Part shown: piece after piece, positions 24,061 through 38,300 of the stretch
Numbering within the stretch: position 1 is the first letter of the stretch
Layout of the letters: each line of letters opens with the position of its first letter
Source of the DNA: Azolla caroliniana
Taxonomy: Eukaryota; Plantae; Polypodiophyta
NCBI GenBank assembly: GCA_043228905.1
Contig: JBHGNT010000018.1
Span: 14,570,001 to 14,634,000 of the forward strand
Direction: 5' to 3'
DNA: 64,000 nucleotides
Position numbers and translations under genes: made by a program
The notes under the pieces: model-generated
Seen by the model: only the letters and a program-made list of their open reading frames with translations
Database searches by the model: none
Told to the model about the DNA's origin: nothing

Positions 24061-24101
24061 TGGCACGCCCGTGGGACAATGCCTTGGCACGTCGAACCCA
24101 C
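24061..24101 (-). other. tRNA-3'-half-like motif in place of the PPT (G2)
   Basis: Minus strand reads GTGGGTTCGA CGTGCCAAGGCATT GTCCCAC GGGCGTGCCA, then AG, then the LTR. Confidence 0.78.
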
Positions 24102-26467
24102 AAAAAAATGAACAAAATAAAAAGAGTCGTAAAATGGCTATGGTATGCTTAGTCTTCAGTCAAAATGTCGAGGATGCCTTCAGAGGTTGGGTGCATGGTT
24201 GTTCACTCTGTCGTAGCTGCCATGATAGCCAGTTCCGGCTCGTTCTCTGGGGTTTGCTCAGCCGAAACATCGGGCTTGTGCTTGGTATTTGCCCTTGTTG
24301 CTGGTGGGGTGGGGGCTTCCTCTTCATGGTCTGGTTGCAATGCCGTTTCTGTGAAGGCCCGTTCGGTTTCAAGCGTAAGCAGCAATTGGTCGCCATTGAA
24401 TTCCTCAAGGAGGCTTTCGATTGCCGTGGTGTGCGTTTTTGCCAAGGCTTGGAAGTCCTCGGTGAGGTCTTCTCAAACCATTTGTATGCTATTTTCGTCC
24501 ATTTGATAGAACCCGCGACATTCTTTCTTCCGGTTTTCGGCGTTAGCCCATAAAACTTGGAGTTCGGCTGCTTGAGCCGACCATTCCTTCCAACCGTTGG
24601 CGAGAGTTTCTTTGACTATCCGGTTGAGCTTCTGTTGTTGTTTTGACCACCAAGGCATGGATTCGTTCCTCACGCATGTCATATTTGGATTAGGGGGTGA
24701 TCGTTTCTCTTTTAGCTTCTTCTGCCTCCTGCTGTAGTTTTGACTTTGATGATCTCGCACGACGTTTTGAGAGCGGTGATCCTTGCCTCTGTCTCGTCTG
24801 TTAATTGGTGGAACCGGCGGAGGAGACGATCCGTGCTATCGGCTGATTCCTTCAAATACTGCTCACGTTGCCTTTTGAGTTCCAACACTGAGTTCATTTG
24901 ATGTTCGTGAAGGGAGTTTGCCAGTTGGCATTGCTCCTGCACGATTTGGTCCAATTTTTGCAGGAACTAACTGGAACACACTTGTAATTCCACAATCTCC
25001 TTCTTGAGAGAGGTGACTTGTGTGGCAACGAGTCCGGTATAGACTTAAGAGATGATGTGGTGTGTTGTTTTCGGCCTCCTGGAGCTGGGCTGTCCGATCG
25101 TGGAGTAGTTTCTGTAGTTCGGCTTCCCTCTTTGCGGTTTGCTCCTTTATCTCCTCAGCCTCCCCTCTGGCCTGCTCATATCGTTCATTGGCCTTGTCCG
25201 CAACTGCCTTGTGCAAGGTGATGTCTTCTTCATAGTTGCGAATGGCCGTGCTGATATCTTCCTCGGTGTGAGTGGATACCGTCATTTGTTCGCGAGAGCT
25301 AGTTGGGTCAGTTTGAGTGGTTATATCGACCAACTTGATGCCACTTGGTAGTTCCGTTTGGGTCGATGCATCATGTGGGTTGGAAGTGGGAGGGGGCAGA
25401 GTGAGCACGACAATTTGACCCATTGCTCCGAGTTGTTGCTCGAGTTCGGTCCTCTAGGTCTCGGATGCCTGCCACAAGTCTGTGGCGGTCTTTGCTTGCT
25501 GCCACGCTAATTAACTGTTGGCGACCATGTCTTTTGCCGCGTGCATTGTTTTGTCCAGTTCACGATATGTTTCCACGAGTGCTGTGTTAAGCTCTGGGAG
25601 CTCAATGTGGGTGAGTCGTTTCTTCATGGCCCGTTTATGCCCCCACCTACTGTAATTTCGGCTCATCATCCGAAGCAGGCTCATTATCCAATTCCGTTTC
25701 GATTACTTGTTGCTTGGTGTGTTCTTGGGCCATGTGGCCGCGACAACGACTTGGAGACGAGCCAAGAAGTTGATGAGCTCGTAAGCCGTGCCGTGTTGTA
25801 AAATGGCACTGAGCTCGTATGGCTCCTCGGGAAGATCCTTGAAGGTTAGTACTTCATTTTCCAAGAATCATGATTGCTAGCTCTGTTCAATTGGTCTATT
25901 GAGGGCCAATGTGGTGTCCGGAACTACCGCGACGGATTTGTTTGGGACAACGACCAACTACATATCTTTAGCCGTGGATTCCGTTGTTGTCTGGTCGTCA
26001 CTGCGGCGGTCGATTTGGCGGCGTTTTGCGGTTGGGCTCTTTGGAGAGGCACGTTCCTTGCGACTTCTCTTCGTTTGGAGTCCTGTTGAGCGGGAAGTCT
26101 CTGGAGAAGGTTTGCAACTTTCGGTCTGTTTGGCCGGGCTTGGGCTAGGGGTAGTGCGTGGCGAAGTGACATTGGGCGCAGGGTGATGGGCTTGTCGTGG
26201 CCGCGGATCGTGATGTTATCGATATTTTCCATGGTTGTCTCGGCTTGTGTTGGAGTAGGGGTTGGGGTTGGTGTATCGTCATTCCATTCTTCTTGTGGCA
26301 ACTGCACGGTTTGTTGTCGCTTGGCCTGAGTGGGGGGAGCAGGAAGCGCCAATGTTTGGCATTATGGCGTCGATGTTTGGGGAGGGTAAAGCACATCTAT
26401 GTACTGTGCCAATACCGGAAGGAAACGCTTACCTGATTGGAAGGAGGCTAACGCGACACAAATTCCT

Positions 26468-26520
26468 TGTTGAGAAATCATTGCGGAATATAAATCACAA
26501 TGAAGGAACTACGCGCTGAA
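26468..26520 (-). mobile_element. 53-bp terminal fragment of a C3-family copia LTR
   Basis: tgttgagaaatcattgcggaatataaatcacaatgaaggaactacgcgctgaa is near-identical to 47084-47136. Confidence 0.85.
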
Positions 26521-29500
26521 TTCTTGGAGAAGAAGAGTCCATCTTGCTAACTTGCCAGTTAACTCTTGTTTCGAGACCAAATAAAGGAGAGTCGAATGAT
26601 CAACATGAAATGTAAACTTTTTCCCCAAAAGATAGTGTCAGAATTTATTGACACTATAGATCATTCCTAAAACTTCCCTCTTAGTGGTAGAGTAATTTCT
26701 TTCTGCTGTTGAAAGTTCCGACTCGCATAGTAAACTGGCCTGTACCAATTCGGTTCGGTTAATTGCATTAATACACTTCCGATTGCGATGCCCGATGTGT
26801 CGACAAAAACATGGAATGGCTTATTCTAATCAGGTGGTTGAACGACTGGAACTTTGGACAACATTTTTGTTAGGCAATCATAGGCATCCTGTTCGACACT
26901 TGTCCACTGAAAAGGAACTTTGTGTACTGCTGTATGTAAGGGAATGGCGATATCTGCAAGATATCTTATCATTCGGCTGTGCCACTGAATCTGCCCCAAA
27001 AACCGACTGAGGGCTTTAGAATTTGTGGGTGCCGGTGCTTTGAGTATGGCTTTAACCTTGTCGGAGTCCACTGCAATTCCTTCCTAACTGACAATATGGC
27101 CTAATAATGTGCCACTAGTGACCCCGAATGCACATTTTACCAGATTTAAACTAAGTCGTCCTTCCCGACATTTCTCCAAACATGGTCATAAATGCTCAAA
27201 ATGTTCGGTTTTCCGACTATAAACAACAAAATCATCCAAAAATACTTGCATAAAGGCAGGAATGTAATTCCCAAATATTTCCTGTATGACTCTTTGAAAT
27301 GTTGCCGAAGCAGTCTTCAAGCCAAACATCATTACTATTGCAACAAGCACTCCCCATTCTGTAACAAAAGCTGTCTTTTCTTGATCTTCCAGATTCATCC
27401 GAACCTGATTATAACCACTAAAACCATCTAGGAAACTATATACTTCATGGTCAGCTACCGCATCTAATATACTATCCGTAAATGGTAATGGAAACGCGTC
27501 CGTAATGGTAGCTGCATTTAATTTCCGGTAATTGACACATACCCGAATTTTTCCATTCTTTTTCGGAACCACAACTATTGGACTTAACCATGTCGATTTT
27601 TTCACCGGATGAATAAACCCTACTTTCAAAAGCTTATCTATTTCTTCTTTAACATTAATAGCATAATTAGGATTTAATCGGTACTTGCGTTGTTGAACCG
27701 GCTTTGCATCCTTATGAAGGTTGATTTGATGTTGACATAAAGTTGGATCTAGCCCCTTCATATCTTCAAAAGACTAGGCAAAGACATCCTTATATTGCTT
27801 TAATAATGTGGTTAACCTTTGTTTGTCCGCTTCAATCATTTCCTTAGCAATGAGTACTGTTTTCAACTCATTGTCCCCATTTCCTTCTGCCAAATTTATT
27901 TCCTCCAATGCTGAAGCTTTAACTCGTTGGGACACTTTCATCTCTCTATCGGTAGCTTCTTGCTGGAGTCGTATTTCCTTCATTGCTTGCTCATCTATTG
28001 AAAATTCCTCCTGGGAATCCACATAAGGTGTCAAGGCTTGTAAAATATCGACTTCGAATAAAGGAATGAATTTTGGATTATCATCAAAATACTGATTTTC
28101 TTCGACCTCGTCTAATCCCTCCATCATATTGACGGACTCAACATATACAAGCAAACATTGTTTGCTTGTCACCACCTTGTTCTGTGTCGAAACCCAAATT
28201 TTCGTTTTGCCTTTCCTAAATGTTAATTGATTCTGATTCCAATTCTGCTTGATGTTAACAATTTTTAACCACGGATGTCCTAATAACAAAGGATATGTAC
28301 CAGGAGCTTCCAAATGAAGCATAACTGTTGATATCAGAAAACTATGACCACCCAATACTACCTCTAATTGGCGGAGTAACCCAATTGGTCGTACCGTAGT
28401 GGTATCCGCCATTCTAAGCCAAAATGGGCAAGCTTCCCATTTAGTAATTCCTAACCTATCACAGGTGGTTTTATTAATGACATTAACTCCCGAGTCACCA
28501 TCGATAATCGTATTTTCGATTTCCTGACCCTGAATTATTACCTTAACTGATGGATTTTGCTCATCCATGATTGAAGGATTGTTGCTCGGCTGACTATAAT
28601 TTACCGATACTTGTTCTAACCCCTTTTGGGCAAACAATGTCACTACTTTTTCGGTAAATCTAGGGACCAACTTAAGTAATCCGGTCAATGGTAATGACAC
28701 TTGGCAATCTGCCAAGAGCTTCCAAGCTTCCTCTTGTTCTTGTACAAGAATCACTTCTGGTAATTCGTTAGCTTGATTAACTTCATTGTCTTGGAGCATC
28801 CGGTTTACATTATTTCTGTTTGCTTCCTCTACCCATTCCTTGGCTACTTTCTGGACTGCTTCCTGAATCTCCCACTCAGATTGTTTACTTTTGCTCCTAG
28901 TGGTTACTTGTTGTATCTTCGGTATAACCATGTTAACCGCCAATCCTTTCCCTTTAGCAAGACACTAATTAGCATAATGACTAGTTTGACGACAAATATA
29001 ACAAGTAGGAACAAATGTTCCACTGCCCTCGCCTAGCTCAAACTGACTAGTCCCATCATTTTGCATAAACTGTTTGACAGGAACACACACTCCGGATGAA
29101 CAACGCTTGGCCACAACCGAGCCTAGGATAAAACACAGAAAACGGGTAATGAACACATGACACAGTGAAGAGAAGAGTACACAGGATGTTAACATGGAAA
29201 ACCCAAACTAGGGAAAACCACGGCAACCCACAGACTGCAAACTATCACTATATCAGAATGTACAATAGTAAAGCACCGAAGCAACGACCTCGAGCTTGCT
29301 ATCTTCACCACATGCGGCGGTTACAACAGAGGCAACGACCTCTTCCTCTCTCTCACTCTCTTTGTACACAGTTACGCGCTCTAATCTTTCACCAACAAGA
29401 ATGACAACCACAGTACTAAGTTTGCCCTAAGTCATATTTATACTAATATGACTTTTCGGCTATTTACAAATATAGCCCCGATGGATTCTCAGAAACATAT

Positions 29501-32337
29501 TTACGAATATGTCCCTTCATCCGGTGAGCACTCCTCACCGGGCCTGCATCATCCGGCGCTTGCCGGGCACACGTCATCCGGTTCTCACCGGGTCTTCCAT
29601 TGCCGGGTACTCCACATCCGGTTCCGGCCTCGGCCGAGTTTGCTCATCATCACTGTTCTTTTCACTTCCCATCTAGAGGGACCTGTTTCCTAACAAACTC
29701 CCCCTTCACTCTGGCATGGGATGTCTTACTAGTCCGATCCGATTCCGACATGCATCCAACTTGTTAGGTATCAGTACTTTGGTCAGCATATCTGACCCGT
29801 TCTCGGCCATGTGGATCTTCATCAGCGCGAACTCTCGATCTTCTACTCGCTCCCGGATCTAGTGATACCTACACTGGATGTGCTTTGTCCTGGAGTGGTA
29901 CGCTGCGTTCTTAGCAAGGTGGATGACACTTTAATTGTCGCAATAGAGCCGATATTCATATTGCCGGATATCGAGCTCTTCGATGAATTCCTTCATCCAT
30001 AGTATTTCCTTGCCGGCTTCCACAGCCGCCATGTACTCCGCTTCCGTGGTTGACAATGCAACCGTCTTCTACAGCCTCGACTACCATGAAACAGCTCCCC
30101 CTGCATATGTCATTACATACCCGGATGTAGACCGGCTGGTATCCACATCAGCCGACATGTCCAAATCAGTAAAACCGTCAAGTTGAGGTTTACCGGGGCC
30201 AAATCGGAGACACATGTTCGAAGTGCCCTTCAAGTACCGGAGTATCCATTTGACCGCGTTCCAGTGCTCCTTGCCAGGATTGCTCATAAACTAGCTCACC
30301 ACTCCGATTGCGTATCCTATATCCGGTCGGGTACACACCATTGCGTACATTAAGCTCCCGATGGCAGAGGCATATGGAACCTTCATCATATCAGCCTTCT
30401 CTACTTTTGTTTTTAGGCTTTGCTTACCGGATAATCTACAGTTTGCCGGGAGTGTCGATCCGACCGGTTTCGCTTCTAACATGTTGAACCGCTGAAGCAC
30501 CTTTGTCACATACTTCTCTTGTGACAACCACATTTGCTTCATTGACCGGTTCCGGATGATATGCATCCCCAACATCTATCTTGCTGGACCCAAGTCTTTC
30601 ATTGCGAAAGTTCGGTTGAGAGCCTTCTTCAGCATCCGTATTCTGGCTTGGTCCCGTCTGACGATCAACATGTCATCCACGTACAGAAGGAGTATCAGGA
30701 AGTCGCCTCCTTCGAACTTCTTCACAAACACGTAGTGATCGACCTTCGTCTTGTGGTACCCTTGATCGGTCATGAAGGAGTCAAACTTCCGGTACCATTG
30801 TCGGGGAGCCTGCTTCAATCCGTACATGCTCTTCTTCAACTGGCATACCAGGTGCTCCTTCCCTTTCTCCACGAATCCTTCCGGTTGCTGCATGTAGATC
30901 TCCTCTTTGAGGTCACCATGAAGGAATGCCGTCTTCACGTCTAACTGCTCTACCTCGAGGTCCATGCTTGCCGCTATACTCTGCACTGTCCGGATGGAGG
31001 TCATCTTTACTACCGGGGCAAATATCTCGTCGAAGTCCACGCCCTTCTTCTGCTGGAACCCCTTCACCACAATCTTGGCTTTGTATCTCGGGGGTTTGCT
31101 GGCATCTCCTGGTTTCAACTTGTACACCCACTTGTTTCGGAGTGCCCGCTTTCCTTTCAGCAACTCCACCAATTCATACGTATGGTTCTCATGCAGGGAA
31201 TCCATCTCATCTTGCATGGCACTTAACCATTTGCGGCTGTGGGTGTCATCCTTCGCTTCTTCGAAGCTTTCTCGCTCCCCCCCATCGGTTAGCAGCACAT
31301 GCTCTACATCTGGAAATCTTCGGGGGACCCTTCTCTCTCTGGAGGATATCTCCGTCTTTGGGCTTCGGTAACCGGCTCCTCCATTTTCTCTTCATCCGAA
31401 TCCGATTCGGGCTCTTGGCTGGTTCCGGTTTCAGCTTCCTCTGCTTCTTCTTCAGCATGTCTTGTCTCCTCACCATCACCGGCCAGTTCATCGAGTGCTA
31501 ACCGGTCTCTTGTCGGTTTGGTCTGCTCATCATAGAATCGATCCTTACCCGTTGACTTGGAGTTCATTATCTTCTTCTCCGACTCCCAGTCGGTGAGCGT
31601 CTTGTCGTTCATGAAGATAATATCTCGACTCCGGAATACCTTTTTATCAACTGGATCCCACACTCGGTAGCCGAACTCATCATCGCCGTATCCGACGAAT
31701 ATGCATGGCCGGGTCTTTGGATCCAACTTTCCTCTCTGGTCCTTAGCAACATGCACGTACGCGAGACACTCGAACACCTTCAGATGCCGGTAGGACACTT
31801 CCTTACCGGTCCATACTCTCTGCGGCGTGTCTCCGTCCAAGGGTACTGAGGGTGATCTGTTTATCACATATGTCGCCGTCGATAGTGCCTCAGCCCAAAA
31901 CTTCTTGGGTAATTTTGCATGCGCAAGCATACTCCGGACCCTCTCCATTATGGTCTGGTTCATCCTCTCGGCCAACCCGTTTAGTTCCGGCGTCTTCGGC
32001 ATGGTAAATTCGAGCCAGATTCCCTTCGAGCGGCAATACTCCTCGAACTACCCCCTGTATTCTCATCCGTTATCTGCTCGAACCGCCTTCAGCTTCCGGC
32101 CGGTTTCTCTTTCCACTCTCGCGTGGAGCTCTTTGAAGACGAATAGCACCTGATCCTTCGTCTTCAACGGTGTAGCCCACAACCTCCTGTTGTGGTCATC
32201 TATGAACGTCACGAAGTACTGCGATCCTGCATGTGACTTCGTGTCCATTTGACACACATGAGTATGCACCAACTCTAGTGGTGCATTACATCTCATCGGT
32301 GGCCTCGATCGGAAGAAGGTCCGGTTTTGTTTACCGG

Positions 32338-35300
32338 TGTCGTGAAGAAAACCGTCCCTTAGCGCAATCGGTGCATAGCGCGCGTGAACCGGCTCTTCAC
32401 ACGTGCGCGCCCCTTAATGTATATAATAGAGAATTAAGTACAAAGACATATCCTAGGTAGTTAGATTCGGTAGGTAGGAAGTTAAGGAGGGAAACGGCTT
32501 CCTTCTTGAAGCTATAAGAGAGAGGGAGATGCGGGGGAAAAGGGATCGCACATTGAGGAGGACGAAGTGCTGTCGGATCGTAACCGAACACTTCTCCTCT
32601 GTTTGTTCTCTATTGCTCTTCTCTGTAGGTTTTCGGGAGGCTCGCGCTGCTTCGAGGAACGCCCGTGTGCTTCCGGCAGCACCTCCATCCTATCCCCTTT
32701 CGTGCGCAGACGAGCAGGCATCGACATCTGTTCGCTGGCCTATTCGGTTGTAACCGCTCGCGTGCTCTGTTGTTTTGTGTCATTTGTTAATATACAAACA
32801 TTCGTGTCTCTCTGTCTCTGTGTCCATTCGTGTTTTCTGCGTTGACGGGCCATGTCCCTGTGTTTCTTCGCTCATACGTAACCGGTCATCTCTCTGTTTC
32901 TCTTTCCCCTCTTATCACCTGCTCTTTGGTTCAAGACCCCGGTGGTCCCGCCTCGTTTCTCCACGCACGCGCATGGTAACGAGACATATTTGGTGAACCC
33001 GACGTGAAACAAGGCGGCAGAGGAGCAGAAGATGAGGGAGTCGGATCTTGCAGAGGCCATGGCTTCGGCCGTGGACCGGATAGTGAGCGCGCACGAGGGC
33101 ACTGGCGCCCTTGACAGGGCTATTGCGACGATCGTCGGTATGATCGGCCGGTTCAGTGGAAAGGATGCCACGAGTTATTTGGTGTCCTATCGGGCGGAGA
33201 TATTGATGAGGGATATTCCGGAAGAGAGGCGTCTTGCCAGATTCCTTGGAGTGGCGATGCCGGGCATCCATGCGGAGGTGCTCGAGGTCCGGGCGGAGAG
33301 CCGGACCTGGGAGGAGTTTGAAGGACGGCTCCTGGAGAAATACGGGTTGGATGACGCGCTTCGACTTTCGAAGCGGGGCTTCATGGAGTGGGTCGAGTCC
33401 CCTGACAAAGGAAGAAATGCGTCGGCACTCCTCCGGGAGTTTGAGGATCGCTTTGCGCGCCTTTCGGCGCTCGATCGAACCGTTCTGGACACAAGTCATG
33501 TCCTACTGTTTGTCAAATCGGTTGACGCACGGGATCGGGAGCAAGTGGGTTCCTTACTGGAAACCGAAGACGGGCTGACGGCCGACTGGGCTGCGGTAAA
33601 AAGAGTCTGCGTCCGTTTTGACAAACGGTGGGAGTGGGCTGATACAGGGGCAACCGGGGCGGGTCCTGTCGCAGCAAGGAAGCTCGAACCGATACCGGAG
33701 GCGCGACGGGAAGAGACCCGGGAGTAGCTCGAAACCGGTTCGGCTTCGATCGGCGTGGTCAGAGGCTCGTCCGGGGGGACAACTTTGGAGGAGTTGACAC
33801 GGGCGGTAAAGGATCTCCAGATCGCCCAGGCTCGGAGGGAAGGTGGCGAACAGGCTCGTGACCGACGGCCTCCGGCAGGAAATAGGTGCATGTGGTGCGA
33901 CGAGGTTGGCCACATCCGGAAAGACTGCGGGGACTTTGCGGAGGCTTTGAGAAGCCGAGTAGTGTACCTGTGGGAAGGTCGGATGCACGCCAGCGATACC
34001 CGGAGGGCCCTGAACCGAAACGACGAGCGAGGAGGAATGAAAAGGCTGATGGAGGAGGCAGCGGCCAGGCACATGGAGACCGTCCACTACTCGGCGTTGG
34101 CCGGTATTCGGGTCAGTGGCAGTGAGGCCCGGAAGGAGAGCAAAGTTGGGTTCTGGCCGACGGTGTTGGAAGGCCTCGCTGGTGCCCGACTAAAGAAAGA
34201 CGAGGCGGACCGCGCGGAGAAGCGGGTCCAGGAGGTAACCGGGTGGAGTGACCCGGTCGAAGAAAAGACGGGTTTCGTCGAAGTAGCGTGCCAGAACTAC
34301 GAGGCTCTGGTTGAAGACAAATGGGTAGGTAAAACCGGAGGGGCCGGATCCTCACAGAGATACGAAACCCGATTCAGGCCGAAACAGAACGAAGCCGGTG
34401 AGACCGGTGCCTTGGATAACCACAAGAAGGGCGGATACCGGTTGGGCACGGAGATCGAAAGGACCACGGACCTACGAAAGGTCCTGGAAGAACGAATCCT
34501 CAACAACAAGGTGGAACTGTCGTTGCGGAAGGTGCTCGGAATCGCCAAGAAGGAGTTCCACGACTCCATCGTAGACTTGGTGAAGAGGAAGAGGCTGTCG
34601 ACGGAGACAGAACCGGAAAGGCCGGTGGAGGTGCGGACGACGCACATGGAGGACATGGCGCTGGAAGACGAGTGGGCGGAGAGCCACTACTCGAGGCCAC
34701 ACTGGGCCCAAGCGATCACGGAAACCCCGGTGAAGATCGGAGATGTTCAGGAACCGGTGGTGGCGCTGGTGGACCACGGTTCAGAAATAAACCTGATGTC
34801 CATGGACTTCTACAAGAAAGGGAAATGGCCGATCAACACCAAGCACGGGTGGAAGATACGGGCGGCGACTCGCGCCACTAAGGAACTACACGGGGCCTGC
34901 CCAAACGTGCGAGTCAAGATCGGCGACTTCGAGATAGATCAACACTTCTTTGTGCAGGAGACGTCCTCGCACCCGGTCATACTGGGAGAACCGTACATTA
35001 CGGCAGCGCGGATGGAGACCAAGGTGCTGGACAATGGGTCGGCTTACGCGAGGGTCAAGAGTCAGGACGAGTGTCATTCGGTCTAGTTCCTGACGGTGCG
35101 ACCGAACCACGAGCGAAACCGCGAGTCCCTCGGTGGCGAGAACCGAGAGGATTTTTAGAGAGGGCTGTCAAGGCGTGGGGCTGCGACAGTCTGGACACTC
35201 CGGGAAAACCCCACAAATGTACCATAGAGGCGAAACCGAAGAAACCTTGTACCATAAGTAGGAAGTTTTGTTTCTCCGACAACGGAGGGTGTACGATAGT

Positions 35301-38300
35301 CGGCGTCGTTGGCCGAGAAAAGACAAGGGCGGAAGAGCGACTTCGGGCATGTGGAGTTCTCGGGCCCAGCGAGGAAATCAACGGAGCCGTGGAGGCGGTC
35401 TCCTTCGACGACACCTTGGGAATACTGCGAGAGGTGGTCAGAGAGGGCCTTAAAGAGGACCGAACGATACCGGTTTGTTCAGAAGAGATGTACGAAGTCA
35501 TCGCGGACTTCAGTCGAGGGCTCGAGTCGGATCGGACGACCCGGGTTAACACGAAGTACAAGACTGTGGACCGGAAGGTAAGGCCAGTCCCGACACCCTT
35601 GCGAATCGGAGGGCAGCGAGTTGCGAATCAAGGGGGTCGCGTCGGACCCCAGTTTACGGGATCCGGCCGGCATAGGACACACCTTCACCGACAGAACGCT
35701 ACGGGAGCTCAAAATCGGTGCGGGCGGGTTCCTACTGTTGGCGGAAGAAGACCGGTTTCGGAGAATTCTCGGAAGGCACGGGAAAGCCTTCGCATTCTCG
35801 CCGGGAGAGATCGGGTGCGTAGACCCGACAGTTGTGAAGCCGATGGTGATATTCACGGTACCGCATGTGCCGTGGAATCTCAAACCAATTCCGGTACCGA
35901 GAGCTCACATCCCGGAGCTGATGGAGCTGTTGAGGCAGAAAATCGATATGGGCATCCTCAAACCGTCGAGTGCCCCATACTCTAACCGGTGGTTTACCGT
36001 ACCGAAGAAGAACGGGACGTTGCGCTTCATTCAAGACCTGCAACCGGTCAACAGAGTGACCATTCGGAACGCAGGAATCAGACCAACGATAGACGAGTTC
36101 GCGGAAGCCTTCGCCGGAAGGTCGATCTACTCGGTCGGTGATCTGTACTCGGGGTACGATCAGTCCAACTAGCCGTAGAGAGCAGAGACATTACGACAAT
36201 GCGGACTCCTCTCGGCCTAGTGCGGATGTGTACCCTGCCACAAGGAGGGACGAACTCGGTGGCCCACATGGTGAATGCGATGAACAATGTGCTGAGGGAT
36301 TGCATCCCGGACATCACCATGCCATTCTTGGACGATATCCCGATCAAGGGATGTCCGGTGGAAGACAAGGACGAAACGATCGGACCGGACGGATGCCGGA
36401 AATTCGTGGCGACACACATTGAAGACTGCGAGAGGGTGCTGCAGAGGCTAGAGGATGCGAGGCTCACCTTCTCCGGGAAGAAATCAGCCTTCGGGCAATC
36501 AGAGATCATGGTCGTCGGACATCTATGCGGACCGTATGGCCGGAAACCGTCTCCGGCTAAGGTGGAAGCCATCTCCGCAATGAAGCCCTACTGTAACTCG
36601 GTCACGGAGGTACGGAGGTTCTTGGGAGCATGCACGTTCTACCACATATGGATCCCACATTACGCCCACATTGCCGGTCTGCTATACGGGTTGCTGAAAA
36701 AGGGGCGAAAATTCGAGTGGCGAGTCGAGCATACAGAGTCGGTCCGAAAGATGAAGGAGGCTCTTGCTGCAGCTCCGGCACTCCGGAAGGCTGTCTATGA
36801 GAAAGGTACTCCCATCTACATGACGGTAGATACGAGTCCGACCGGGATCGGATGGGTCGTCAACCAAGAAGATGAGGACGACATTCGGTTCCCAATCCGG
36901 TTCGGCGCGAAGGTCCTCAGCGAGCGACAGCGAGGATACGCCCAGATTAAACGAAAACTCTGGGGTATCGTTTCGGCGGTGAAGGCCGATAAAGACTATC
37001 TGATCGGGACAAAGGTGATTATCGAGACGGATTGCCTGCCGATTCTCGGCATGGTTTCCGGATGTGCAACCCCGGACCTGGCAATGCTCAGGTGGATAGC
37101 GTACATCAAGTCCCTGGATCCGGAAATACGACACATTTTCGAGAAAGACAATGCCATGGCCGACATGCTTTCGAGGGCGCGATTCGACGACGAGGGCGGC
37201 ATGGTTTCGGAGGACGAGGAAGTCGGCGTGGACTTCTTCGAGGTGGCTTACGTAACAACCGAGGGGGGGAGCACTCCGGCGCTTAATGATTTCGACGAGA
37301 GCAAGTAGGATGGGGAGTGGCTGCAGATTGGAGGATTCTTAAGGATGATGACGCCGGACGCGTCATGGACAAAGGACGAGGCTAACCGGATCCGGAAGAA
37401 AGCGTACCGATTCTTTTTCCGGGACAGATACTTGTGGAAGCACCCAAAGAAGAGAAATGACATCCCACTCCGAGTAGTAGCGATGAAGGAGGAACAGGAG
37501 GAGTTGCTGAAAGCCTACCACGACAGCCCCTGGGCTGGACACCGTGGGACGTGGGCCACGTTCGAGAAACTAAAGGGGAAGTACTGGTGGCCGGGACTGT
37601 ACCGGGACGTGCATCGGTTCGTGACAACTTGTGAGAGCTGTCAGATACACTTCGTAGTCCGACTTCGGGACGAGCATCACCCTACATACCCTCCGGCCAT
37701 CCACTTCAAATGGATGGTAGATTTGGTGACGATGCCGATGGGCGTAGGGTAGATGCGATATTTGGTGCTGGCCCGGGAGGACCTGATGAACCAGGTGGAA
37801 GGCCGAGCCCTGCAGAACAAAACGACCGCGGCCGTGTGTCGGTTCCTGATCGAGGACGTGATATGCCGGTACGGGTGCGTCGGGAAGATCGTGGCTGACC
37901 GCGGGGAGTTGGACGCCGAAGAGGCTGAGGAGCTGTTCGACCGGTTAGGGGTCAAGCTCTCGCTCACCACAACGTACAATCCAGAGGCGAACGGGAAGGT
38001 GGAGCGCGGACACGGACCGATCGTCAAAGCGCTAGTCCGGGCGTGCGGAGGCTAGGTCGGGAACTGGCCACGACTGTTACCTTATGCCTTGTGGGCAGAC
38101 TGGACAACGCACAGTTTGGTAACCATGTTCATGCCGTCAGAGCTCATGTTTGGACAGAAGCCGATCATGCCGATGGAACGGACGATCTCCTCTTGGGCGA
38201 TAGTGTACTGGAGAGATGAGATGAGCCGGGAAGAACTGCTAGCGGCGCATATACGACAGCTCGAGCGGAGGACGTGGAACGAGCGGCGGAGAGACTTCGG

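Larger units (their letters stand above)
23465..26467 (-). mobile_element. G2: 3' part of a gypsy element (3' LTR ~23465-24058, degenerate ORF2)
   Basis: LTR begins TGTTGTCC at 24058 on the minus strand. ORF2 fragments include WKEWSAQAAELQVLWANAENRKKECRGFY. Left LTR boundary inferred from TGTCGTG and from size. Confidence 0.7.

Noticed and set aside
24061-24140. Bona fide tRNA gene or SINE at the 3' motif
   Set aside because: No D-arm, anticodon arm or 5' acceptor strand visible upstream; only the 3' portion is present.
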